This document shows positions 1 to 11,682 of a DNA stretch of 64,000 bases, in pieces. Both the position numbers and the translations under genes were made by a program. The stretch is from the human T2T-CHM13v2.0 reference genome, Homo sapiens. The DNA is taken from assembly GCF_009914755.1 (NCBI RefSeq), contig NC_060935.1; one strand, given 5' to 3'. The notes under the pieces were generated by a model, which saw nothing but the letters and a program-made list of their open reading frames with translations, searched no databases and was not told where the DNA came from. Every line of letters begins with the position of its first letter. Position 1 is the stretch's first letter.

Positions 1-240
1 TCTGGTGTTCTATTGTACAGTTGGGTGAATACAGTTAACAATAATGAACTGTATATTTCAAAATAGCCAGAAGAGAGGACTGTGAATGTTCTCACCACAA
101 AGAAAAATAATACATGTTTGAGATGATGGATATGCTAATTACCCTGATTTGATCCTTACACAATGTATATATGTATCTAAACCTCACATTGTACTCTAAA
201 AATATGTGTATCACGCGTCAATTAGAAATAAAATTTACAA
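1..240 (+). mobile_element. Old L1 (L1MA-type) 3' UTR fragment
   Basis: Characteristic L1MA 3' UTR motifs (TATATTTCAAAATAGCCAGAAGAGAGGA...GATGGATATGCTAATTACCCTGATTTGATC). Confidence 0.75.
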
Positions 241-685
241 AGTAAGCTGAATCAATAAATGAATACATCAAAGATACCACTTACATGAGTCAAACAAGCA
301 ATTATTGTTCAGTACTATATTATGAGCTATGTGAAAAACAAAGAAAAGAGAAAACAAAGGCTTGCCTCTCAGGGAATCTAGAAACTAAAACGAAGAGGAA
401 TTAAAGAGAGCCTACTAATAAACAATTTTGGAAACTATGTAGAATTATAACTGTACAATGATTAATTAATGCTTTTATGAATGTAAAAAAGAGTACAAGA
501 AGAATGAATGCTGTAGGAGGTGTGAAGGACTCTCGGAACTTGAGATGGCACTAAGGCACTAAGAGGATTTGGATAAGTGGGAAACAAAAGTAGGTCTACT
601 GGGTAAAAACATGGGCAAAGGCATGAGGTGGAAATTAGCATGATATACAGGAGCCATGGACCTATCCATTCTACAAACAGACTCA

Positions 686-1012
<327 letters not shown>

Positions 1013-1112
1013 TTATGTTGGATAACACCATTGCATTGGTGAAAGTGAGGGGAATTAGGTACTTTAATAAGTTGCTAATAGGATGGTTAACTGGAAAGCA
1101 ATTCAGCAATAA

Positions 1113-1459
<347 letters not shown>

Positions 1460-2745
1460 TACTCCTTAAACTTTATTTTACAAGCTGTAAATTGATCTAT
1501 GTACCAGAATATTTAATAAAATGTGTTTTTTTAATAATGGCAAAATGGTGAAAAATAAAGTAATAAAAAGAATATAAGTAGCTCTATACTGATATGGAAC
1601 AACATCCAAGATGAATTGCTAAGTAGAAAAAAAAGTGCTGACTGTATATGTATATAATCTGTGTAAATAAAAGAAATTATGCAAAGAGCTTTTATTAGTA
1701 TAGAATTTATTTTATAAGTAAATATATTCTTGTGTAAAGATACACAAGAGACTGGTAACCTTTCATACCTTTAAAATGTTTTACCATGTGCATGTATTTC
1801 CTAATGAAAAAAGTGACACAACTGATAGAAAATACAACTGATTTAAAAACTATAACAGAGATAACAAAACTATCTGGAAAAAGTAATTTAACTTAAAAAA
1901 GTATTTTAATTTCAAATAATCACTTATCATACCATTCTGGGGGTAGAGGAGTATGAACCCAAGATCAAAAGAACAATAAAGATTCACAGAACAACAACAA
2001 ATACCACACACTGAGGAAAAAATAAATCAACTGACCAAAAATATTTAGCATAGCAAGTATTTGATAAGAAAAATACCCTTAAAAGAGTATTGTTAAATGT
2101 ATTTGCCAATAACTCAGGCTTTGGTTTTGACACACAGAGCAACAAATCTCAGTTTTCATTCTCACCATTTCTAGTTTTGAATTGACAAAGGATTGCCCTT
2201 GCACAGCTGCAAGGGTTGGTCCCTGCCTCCCAGGAGTATCTAATTGCATACTCTTGGGTTATATCTGGACCACTGAGCTATTGAGAGCACTTGGAACCAA
2301 GAGAAATGAAAATAAACTTCTCAACTATACTCTTTGGTCACTTAGACTAATACCTTCATGCCCAGAGGAGAAGAAATATAATGTATGCATAAGGAATCTC
2401 AGATCATTTCAGAACAGTTTAACTTCTGGTATTTTCTTAACCAAAGTTGAGAAAATGGTTCGTTTTCAGCATTTGTTAATACTGTAGTGAAAAGCATGTA
2501 GGAATTATTATTAGAAGACTTGTGATTGTGTTCTGACTGCAATATTCACAAGCTATTTCTGTATAAGCCATGGTTGTCTGTAAAGTAGGCTCATAATATT
2601 CGCATCACTGCTGTTCTGAGGAACTGGGGTTGCTGCAAGCAGAACACTAGTACAGTCCAGTGTCTTCCCACATGGTAGTTGCTGAATGGTTGGTAAATGA
2701 CTTTAGGCAAATTACTTGACATATCATAGTCCCTGTGTAACAACT

Positions 2746-3118
2746 TGATATGGTTTGGCTGTGTCCCCATCCAAATCTCATCTTGAATTGTAATTCCCAT
2801 AATCCCCATGTGTCATGGGAAGGACCGGGGGAGATAACTGAATCACAAGTGCGGTTCTCCTTATCCTGTTCTCATGATAGTGAGTTAGCTCTCACGAGAT
2901 CTGATGGTTTTATAAGGGGCTTCCTGCTTTGCTGGGCACTCATTTTTCTCTCTCCTGCTGCCATGTGAAGGACGTGTTTGCTTCCCCTTCTGCCATGATT
3001 GTAAGTTTCCTGAGGCCTCCCCAGCCATGTGGAACTGTGAGTCAATTAAACATCTTTTCTTTATAAATTACCCAGTTTCAGGTATGTCTTTATAGCAGCA
3101 TGAGAATGGACTAATACA
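2746..3118 (+). mobile_element. MaLR solo LTR (THE1/MSTA-like)
   Basis: TGATATGGTTTGGCTGTGTCCC...GGACTAATACA termini; near-TSD CAACT/CCACT. Confidence 0.9.
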
Positions 3119-3406
3119 CCACTCATGGGGGTTATCTGAAAGTCATATGAGCAAATAGATATAAAAGTGCTTTGTAGACTATAAAATGATGTACACATGA
3201 AGAATAAGGGAAATGGACTAACATGTATTCATTGGCTATTTACTAACAGCCAGGGTCTTCCACATCTCATTAATTCTCTTAACAACTCTACGATACTGGT
3301 GTTTCTGTCTTCATTTGGGGATAAAAGAGGCTCCGCAAAGTCATGTATATTCCTAGGTTCACCCAGCTTTAAATTGACAGAACTGGGCTAAAACTCAGTT
3401 CTATCC

Positions 3407-3447
3407 AATTATAAGTCCACTACACTTAATTATAAGTCCACTACACT
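3407..3447. repeat. Short tandem duplication (AATTATAAGTCCACTACACT x2, period 21)
   Basis: Exact 20-nt direct repeat. Confidence 0.9.
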
Positions 3448-4133
3448 ATTCATCACTTCTAGGACAAAAAGCTTAATTCTTAGTAGACTTCTGACCTTTA
3501 TACTTCACTTGTTGTGGAATTAGAATCCCTACTGTCCAGCACTATTCCTACTCCGATTTGTCTTTCACATTCCTACTAACTGAATCCTATCTGATCAAAG
3601 ACAGGTAAAAATCACGTAGTGTAGCCATAATTTTCTCAGTTTCTACTCTAGTAGTTCCATGCTCCAAACATTTTCATGGCTGCTATTTTCTGCAACAGAA
3701 TAAAACGTAAAGGAAGAAAGATGTAAGAGTATGAGGCATATCTCAGAATCCTATAATCCTTCTATTTCCTAAGGCAGTATAATACAATAGAAGTATCAAT
3801 AATTTCGGAGTCAAGTGCCTCCCTGAATTTAGGGTTGGTGCCAGGGTAACCTTGGGTTAGTTACTTTTAACTCTTTGAACCTCAAATTCGTCACTCAGAA
3901 AATCAGGATAATACCCGTTGCAAATGTACAGGGCCTCAGAGCATGCTTTCTAGTGCTCTGCAGAGGCTTCATCTTATTTCTCCTACTGTATTTTCACTTT
4001 CTGTAAACAAAAAGTTATGAAGATTTAAAATGTAAAGGTTTTCTCATTAGTTAAACAGAAATCTGTACTTAACATGTTTTTGCAATTGCCTTAACTTCTG
4101 TTTAGAATAAGGTAAAATAGATATGAAGAAAGT

Positions 4134-4435
4134 GGCCAGGCATGGTGGCTCACCTGTAATCCCAGCACTTTGGGAGGCCAAGGCAGGAGGATTGCTTGGG
4201 TATGGAAGTTTGACACCAGCCTGGGGAACAACAATGAGACCTCATCTCCACAAAAAATACAAAAATTAGGTGAGTGTCGTGGCATGTGCTTATATTCCCA
4301 GTTGCTCAGGAGGCTGAGGTGGGAAGATTGCTTGAACCCAGGAGGTTGAGGCTACAGTGAACTGTGTTTGCATCGCTGCACTCCAGCCCGGCTGTCTGAG
4401 AGAGACCTTTTCTCAAAAATAAAATAAAATAAAAT
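4134..4435 (+). mobile_element. Alu (AluJ-like)
   Basis: Alu dimer with (TAAAA)n tail; TSD TAAAATAGATA(T/C)GAAGAAA. Confidence 0.9.
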
Positions 4436-4999
4436 AGATACGAAGAAATAAATAAAATGATTTTAAACATCAAATAAGATGATAGACTTGAAAGTATTTC
4501 AAAAATTGTAAAATGTGATACATTTCCTCTTCTTTTTTTATATGTTATTTTTATCTGAGGAACTCATATAATCGTTCTTACTACCTCTCTCCAGCCTAGA
4601 AAAAAAGAGCAACCCCATCTCATTTCAAATGTTAATTCTGGCACAGCCTATATATTTCACTCATTTGTAAATCTCTTCATGCAATAGTGACTTCTCCTTT
4701 TTTGACTGATACAGTATCCTAATTACAAGGTTATTTTGCACTTGTCTTAATACCTTAAGTGTAATAAAAATGGCTTGAGAAAAAAATATGGTTCATGCTA
4801 ATATGTGACAACATATTAATTAGTTTACTTTTTGCATTTTGTATTAAGTGAAATATGTACACAAAAGAGTAAATAAAATAATAATAATGCGAATACCTAC
4901 CACACAGCTTAAGAAATAGCATACTTTTTCCAAGTTTTTGGTTAGAGCACATACTTTTGTGAACTAATATTTGATGTCTTATCTCTTCATTTTCTGTCA

Positions 5000-5336
5000 T
5001 TTTCTTTCTTTTTTAGAAACAGGGTCTCACTCTGTCACCCAGGCTGGAGTACAGCGGCATGAACATGGCTCACTGCAGCCTCGACTTCCTGGGCTCAAGT
5101 GATTTCTCTCACCTCAGCCTCCCAAGTAGCTGGGACTACAGGTGTGCACCACCATGCCCAGCTAATTAAAAAAATTTTTTTTTGTAGAAACAGGGTCTTG
5201 CTATGCATGTGGAATCTAATTTTTTTGTAGAAACAGGGTTTTACCCAGGCTGGTCTTGAACTCTTGGCCTCAAGTGATCTTCCTGCCTCAGCCACCAAAG
5301 TATTGGGATTACAGGCGTGAGCCACCACGTTCAGCC
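5000..5336 (-). mobile_element. Alu (AluJ-like) with small internal duplication
   Basis: Reverse Alu; TSD TCTTATC(T/G)CTTCATTTTCT; TTTTTTTGTAGAAACAGGGT occurs twice. Confidence 0.9.
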
Positions 5337-5372
5337 TCTTATCGCTTCATTTTCTAAAAAACACATCATGTC

Positions 5373-5679
5373 GGCCGGGTGCGGTGGCTCACACCTGTAA
5401 TCCCAGCACTTTGGGAGGCTGAGGCGAGCAGATCGTGAGATCAGGAGATTGAGACCATCCTGGCTAACACGGTGAAACCCCATCTCTACTAAAAATATAA
5501 AAAATTAGCTGGGTGTCGTGGCGGGCACCTGTAGTCCCAGCTACTCAGGAGGCTGAGGCAGGAGAATGGCGTGAACCCAGGAAGTGGGAGGCGGAGCTTG
5601 CAGTGAGCCAAGATTGCGCCACTGCACTCCAGCCTGGGCAACAGAGTGAGACTCCGTCTTAAAAAAAAAAAAAAAAAAA
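5373..5679 (+). mobile_element. Alu (AluY/Sc-like)
   Basis: GGCCGGGTGCGGTGGCTCAC...poly-A. Confidence 0.92.
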
Positions 5680-7577
5680 CCATGTCATGTCTACAGTTGG
5701 ACTGTCACTTATAAGGTTCACCTCATGTGTCTCCTATTGAAATTCTACCTTTTCCATGGCCTTCTTTCTTAACTAGAATTATGAAATTTGGGTGCTGGCA
5801 CATTTGATGTTTTAACTCTTTCAATTTACTGGTGGGAAAATTAAGGCCCAAGAAGATGAAATGGCTTGCTCAAAGTCAAACAGCAAGAGCATAGAGTAGA
5901 AGCAGGATTCTGGCTTCTTAATAACATAAGATTAGCCCTTATTAACTTCCTAGAATATTCATATGATATTACTATATGTGTCAAGTAATCAGACATTTAA
6001 TTATATACTGTCTGGCATTGCTCAATACTGTTTCATGTATGTCAGTTTTGTTTTCAACTAATCTTTAAGTTCCTTTTGGGCAGGGAATACATCTCAAATC
6101 TCTGTACACGCTGCCTGAGTCTTAATATTTTTATAAGACTTGTACCTACAATGTGTCAGCTACTAGACCGATCACTTTACAAACATTTTTTTCATTTAGT
6201 ATTCACAATAATTCCTGACAGGTAAGTGCTATTTTTCCCAACTAACTAATAGGAAACTGGGGCCCTGAGATGCTAAGGAACCTCTCAGCATCACCTAACA
6301 ATCTAGTCCTGAAGCCAGAGTTCAAACTCTAGACTGTCTAGATGTCAACCCGTTCAACCGGGTTGCTTCTTTGTGCAAATATCTAGAAAATGGAAGGGCA
6401 ACTATATGATCCCATTTTACAGATGGGGAAACAGGAATCAGATATGGGAAGAGACTTTCCTAAAATCATGTAGTTGGTAACACCAATGTAAATGTTCGGA
6501 TGCCAAGTCCAATGCACCAATATACCATAAGATGTTCAAATAAATGTCTGACCTGTTGATTACCATGTTAATAAATACCTTCTCTCTTATTGAATTTCTA
6601 ATCACTCCTCATTTGTTATATTATATAAAAATACTACCTGAGGATTTAATTTTTAAGCTTACAGTACCAAGATTATTTATATCTTTTAATCGCACTTACT
6701 GCTTTTAACCTACTATTAATAACTAAACTTTTTTGTGAAGTTAGAGTTCGGGATCATTCTTATTAATTTTTTGGATTTTTTGTAAACCCCATGGTGCCTA
6801 AAACAATGTGTAGTATGTGCTAAACATATTTTTTGAATGACTGAATTACAGCATTTGTTCTTTACATGTTGATGTTTCAAAAATTTTTTCTCGAGAGAAT
6901 GTAAGTTACTCAAGGACAAGTTAATCTTAACTCACCCCTGGCTCTCCAATATTCTGAGCCCAACCATGTTTACATGATAAATGCTCGAATTTTATTGACT
7001 TGAACTGAATTGACTTGATAAATAACCCCATCATCCAAAATGTATTTATGTGAAAGCTTGACCTGAATAAAGAAGTAACATAGTACACTCAGAATACTTT
7101 TCTTGTACAAAAATGAAGACATCTTGGCTTCTGGTTCCCTACAGAGGGATGCTTTCCATTTCTGAACATCTGTAATACTAACTCACTAAACCATTCATTT
7201 AGCATTTAGTATGTATTATCTTGTACTATTGGTAAATTTTACATCTATATCCTCTTTCCTTGAGTATAATGTAAACCCCAGAGTTGAGACTACAGTTATT
7301 ACCTAAAAAAGCATGGTGTAGTGAAAAGAGCATGAGTTTTGGTGACAGACAGAAGTGGGTTCAAATCCTAATTCAGCCATTTATCAACTTTGTGACCTTA
7401 GAAAGTATTCATTTCATCTCTCCAACTTGTTTAATTGTCTATAAAACAGAGAAAATACCTATCTTTCAGGGTTATTGTAAGGATTAGAAGTAATACATTT
7501 CAAAACTGCTGGCACACAGTAACACTCAATAAATTTACAAAGAAAAATGTCTACTATAAAAACTCTTTGACTCTTCA

Positions 7578-8048
<471 letters not shown>

Positions 8049-10081
8049 TTAGTCTTAAGTTCAGCAATTTATCACCACTTAGAAAGAAGGTTTATCCTAC
8101 CCATTATTCTAATACATGAGAAGTAACTATCAAATCAGACCACCGAATAATCTATCTGGTCATGTAAGCCACTCTGATAACTAATTAGTATTTAAGGTTT
8201 GATTTGATTTACTCTAAGTTAAGAACATACCAACAAAGACACACTAATATAAACTTTTCTTTAGTTGAGTTACTATTTGAAAAATACAAATATCAGAAGT
8301 AGTTGACATTTTTCTAAGTATGGTTGAAATTTTTCTAAGTACAGTTGTTTTAATTATTGCAACATCTATGGTTTTTAAGATATGTAATCTTTATCTAACT
8401 CTCTTTTAAAAAAATCACTAACGATAAAACAGCAACAACTCCCTTCACTCACAAACGATTTAGACTATATCATACAACTCAGCATTTCAATGAAGAACGT
8501 CTTAAATTGTAACTTTTCTTTCCTGCCAAGATCACACAGTCAGTGAGGACACAGACTATCTAATCTTCAGATTCTGCCACTATTTTTAACACAGTGCTGG
8601 GTTCATATATTTATTGGCTTTAGTATTTATTGGGTTTCATAAAGACATTAAAGTGTAAACAAAGCAATTAATCATGACTTTCTAAAAAATTTTCCTTTAA
8701 TGACCCTGATTGTCTTTCATTCATAGTACCTTTTCGGGAAAACTTAAAGGAGATTTAAGAAACCATTCCTATATTATTTATACCTTTTTTTTCCTTTGAC
8801 TTTTCTTTGAGGAGTGGTTATGCCTCAAAGAAGAAAATATATGGAATGTATCAGATCAGGACTAATTATTTGGACTTCTAATGCAAACACCGCCTCTGCC
8901 CTCTATAGTGGAGAAAAGACCCACCATAATCCTTATGGATAGTTTCAACATAAAAATTATACACAGTTGTGTATACATTTCTACATATGGAAATGGTATA
9001 GCAAAAAGTGTATTCTGTTCTATGCTATGTTATATTATTTCTACTTTGACTTTCCGATTATCAACCAAACATGCTTAACTGTTTTGACACAGGGAGCACT
9101 AGTATGCTTCAGTCTCAGATCCTCCTATCTTTCCTGGCAGGAAAGTCAGTATCTCAAAACTGCCTTAGTAATCTTTAAACAGCTTGGATAAGAGTAATTC
9201 CCAGATTGTAGCTTCAGTCCTCAACCCAATGGCCTAATGTCCTATCACTGTTCCCAATACTTCTTTTCTCGCTAAACTGCCTACAATGCAAAAAGGCAGG
9301 GTCACCCACTGTCCTTTTTCCCTTCGAGGCAGTCTTGTAGAGATTCAATGTCAAGTTTCCTGATCTGCCCTGGGTTCCTAGGTTGACTGTTCTCACTGCA
9401 GCTAACATCCCCTACTCGGTGAGCTTGTGTCTCCTTGAGCTGCTAACCTGATGAGGACTCTCTGCTGCACACTCTTTCATGATCTCAGGTCCTTCAGGAG
9501 ATCGTCATGCCCTTACCCCCACTCCAATCCTATCACACCTGTCATTCCCCACTCTTCCCGGCTCTATACTCTACAATTATTTTTCCCAACTCCTGCTCAT
9601 AGTCAGCCCTTCATACTTCATTCATTCAACTAACATTTACCGAGTCCTGCTTTGTACTAATCCTTGGTCATTCAGTAATGTATAAAACGTGATTCTTGCC
9701 CACAATCACACAACAAATGATATAATCCCTTTGCCAATTTATGTTTCTTCCTGTCCCTGTGGACCTCGAAAGCTACACACACACATACATTTCACTTCGT
9801 TATCAAAACCAATCCCATCATTGTTTGTTCTTCTCCTCTACAGTCATCCTACCGGTAACCTTCATCTCATTAATCGCCTGTCTGTGGCCCCTACCCCAGC
9901 CCCTAATTCCTTTCTATTCTCTGGAGGGCCAATTGCCCTTCCTTTTAACCTTCTGGTTCCCTGGCTACTTCCTTCTTACGTCCCTTTTCTTGTTTATCCA
10001 GCGGGGGTGCGGGTCTCCCTAAAATTCCTTACACCCTGCTCTCCTATTACGCTTTCCTCAATCTTTGATCGCTCAGGTTAC

Positions 10082-10136
10082 CTCTTTTTTTGCGCCCACG
10101 GCTGCCCCCAGACCCTTGGCCTTTTCGTTGTTTCAT
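10082..10136 (-). CDS. C2CD3: C2CD3 coding exon 1 (MKQRKGQGSGGSRGRKKR + G; 55 nt)
   Basis: ATG at 10136 in context ATCATGA; donor AGAG|gtaacc; phase matches exon 2. Confidence 0.93.
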
Positions 10137-10204
10137 GATGAGCCCGAGCTCTTCTTCACCAGCTCAACTCCGTCTCCAGCACCTAAGCAGTATCCTCCCG
10201 CCAT
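10133..10204 (-). promoter_or_regulatory. Candidate upstream ORF in the C2CD3 5' UTR (MAGGYCLGAGDGVELVKKSSGSS*), stop overlapping the main ATG
   Basis: GGAGGG-ATG-G at 10204, 23 sense codons, TGA at 10135-10133 within ATGA. Depends on the TSS lying upstream of 10204. Confidence 0.6.
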
Positions 10205-10341
10205 CCCTCCCCACGGCGCCTGCGTTCCCCGGCAACCGGCGCCGCTGGGCAGCCTGGGAGGCAGGAAAAAGCGACTCTTCCTCTAACAGTCTCCGGAAAA
10301 CGGTGCGAAGAGAAGGCGCCAAGACGCCTTCCCTCCAATAC

Positions 10342-10360
10342 ACTACAATACCCAGGACGC
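10342..10360 (+). promoter_or_regulatory. ZNF143/THAP11(Ronin)-type ACTACA...CCCAG motif
   Basis: ACTACAATACCCAGGACGC versus consensus ACTACAATTCCCAGAATGC; partial second copy GCTACAATACC at 10364. Confidence 0.65.
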
Positions 10361-10405
10361 TTTGCTACAATACCTCTCCGGGGTTGGCTGGGGGGCGCCT
10401 CCAGC

Positions 10406-10417
10406 TGCGCAAGCGCA
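10406..10417. promoter_or_regulatory. NRF1 motif
   Basis: TGCGCAAGCGCA, one mismatch from TGCGCATGCGCA. Confidence 0.65.
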
Positions 10418-10478
10418 TAGGGATGCGCCCTTTGTGGACTCCATTGCGCAGGGTGCATTGCCCTGAAGAGCGCTCCTC

Positions 10479-10583
10479 CTTCCGGTGAAAGTCGTCGGGT
10501 TCCCAGCCGGGAGTCTGCGGAGTTCTCATACTCTGTTACCCAGCTTCCTTTGTATGAGTGCTGTTGCGCACTTCCGGTGGAAG
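10479..10583. promoter_or_regulatory. ETS/GABPA motifs
   Basis: CTTCCGGT at 10479-10486 and ACTTCCGGTGGAAG (inverted ETS cores) at 10570-10583. Confidence 0.65.
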
Positions 10584-10765
10584 CGCTGAAGCGAGTGGGT
10601 GGAGTTTACGGAGCCGGTGGGCGGTAGGCGGTGCTACGGGTAGCTGGGTGCTGTCCAAAGGCGACAGGGCGTCGTTAGGGGAGCGAGTCGTGACCGGTTG
10701 GGCCACACTCAACGTGGGACGAAGCTTCGCCTACTGTTTGACTACGTGCGTGCAGCCTCCCCTCG

Positions 10766-10866
10766 ATGTCGGCCCTCGAAAAGAGCATGCACCTCGGCCG
10801 CCTTCCCTCTCGCCCACCTCTACCCGGCAGCGGGGGCAGTCAGAGCGGAGCCAAGATGCGAATGGG
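10766..10866 (+). CDS. PPME1: PPME1 coding exon 1 (MSALEKSMHLGRLPSRPPLPGSGGSQSGAKMRM + GG; 101 nt)
   Basis: Translation matches the PME-1 N-terminus; donor GG|gtacgt. Confidence 0.96.
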
Positions 10867-11561
10867 GTACGTGACCCATACCCCTTCTCCCTATGGGCCA
10901 GGCCCCAGCCGTTGGAGAATGGTATCTCTGGGCGTTCATAGAGGCACGGGAAAGGAGTCTACTGATAGGAGAAAATGTTGGCGGCCTGGAGATATTTAGA
11001 TGGAGTAGAAGGCAGATTGGGGTACTAGGGGAGGCGCCAAGTCAATAGAAATTGGAGGAAAAATAACGTTGTTGAAGGGAGAGGGGAATGAGGCAAAGGT
11101 TGGGGAAGCTGAGAGACTAACATAAGGGATCTGAGAATCACTTCCACAATAAAGGAGGCTTAGAAAAGGGAGTAGAACGGTGACAAAGGTGGAGGAGAAT
11201 CGGCCAGGGAAGGTGGAGGGAAGTGGGGAATGACTGAGAGAAAAGTTGAGGGGAATTGGGCCAACAACTAAGGAAAGGTTTGGGAGGAGTAGATATTATC
11301 AGAGTTCTAATATCTGCACTGTGAGAACTAGATACTAGAAAAGCTGAGGGGGGTAGAAAACACTCGAGACAGGGCTGGAGAAGGAAAGAGGAGAACTAGG
11401 AAGCAGACGATTCTAGAGAATTCCCAGAGGTGTAAAGACAGATTCAGCGAATGAGAGGTGAGATTAGGTCTCTTAAGGGAGAATGAGAAAGTTTAGGGAG
11501 TAGGCCTAAGGTAAGGTGGAGAACATAGCCACGAAGATTGTTAAGGGTAGTAGGAATGTGC

Positions 11562-11682
11562 TGAGAAGCTGGACAGGATAAGGGAGAGAGAAGAAGGAGA
11601 GGACTGAAGAATTTACAGAGTGAGAAGCTGGACAGGATAAGGGAGAGAGAAGAAGGAGAGAACTGAAGAATTTACAGAGTGA
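11562..11682. repeat. 59-bp tandem duplication (2 copies, 1 mismatch)
   Basis: TGAGAAGCTGGACAGGATAAGGGAGAGAGAAGAAGGAGAG(G/A)ACTGAAGAATTTACAGAG at 11562 and 11621. Confidence 0.95.

Larger units (their letters stand above)
10000..10950. promoter_or_regulatory. CpG-island bidirectional promoter shared by C2CD3 and PPME1
   Basis: Abrupt rise in GC and CpG; divergent ATGs at 10136(-) and 10766(+); no TATA box seen. Confidence 0.9.

Noticed and set aside
4977-5355. CTTCATTTTCT TSD resembling the triplicated site at 37.8-38.2 kb
   Set aside because: Explained by the shared L1 endonuclease target preference; not a dispersed repeat system
9689-10941. Overlapping ORFs around the promoter (9689..10138, 10090..10488, 10183..10458, 10558..10941)
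   Set aside because: Expected in GC-rich or skewed DNA; several have non-ATG starts; no recognisable homology
10867-10999. PPME1 ORF continuing to 10999
   Set aside because: Read-through of the GTACGT donor into intron 1
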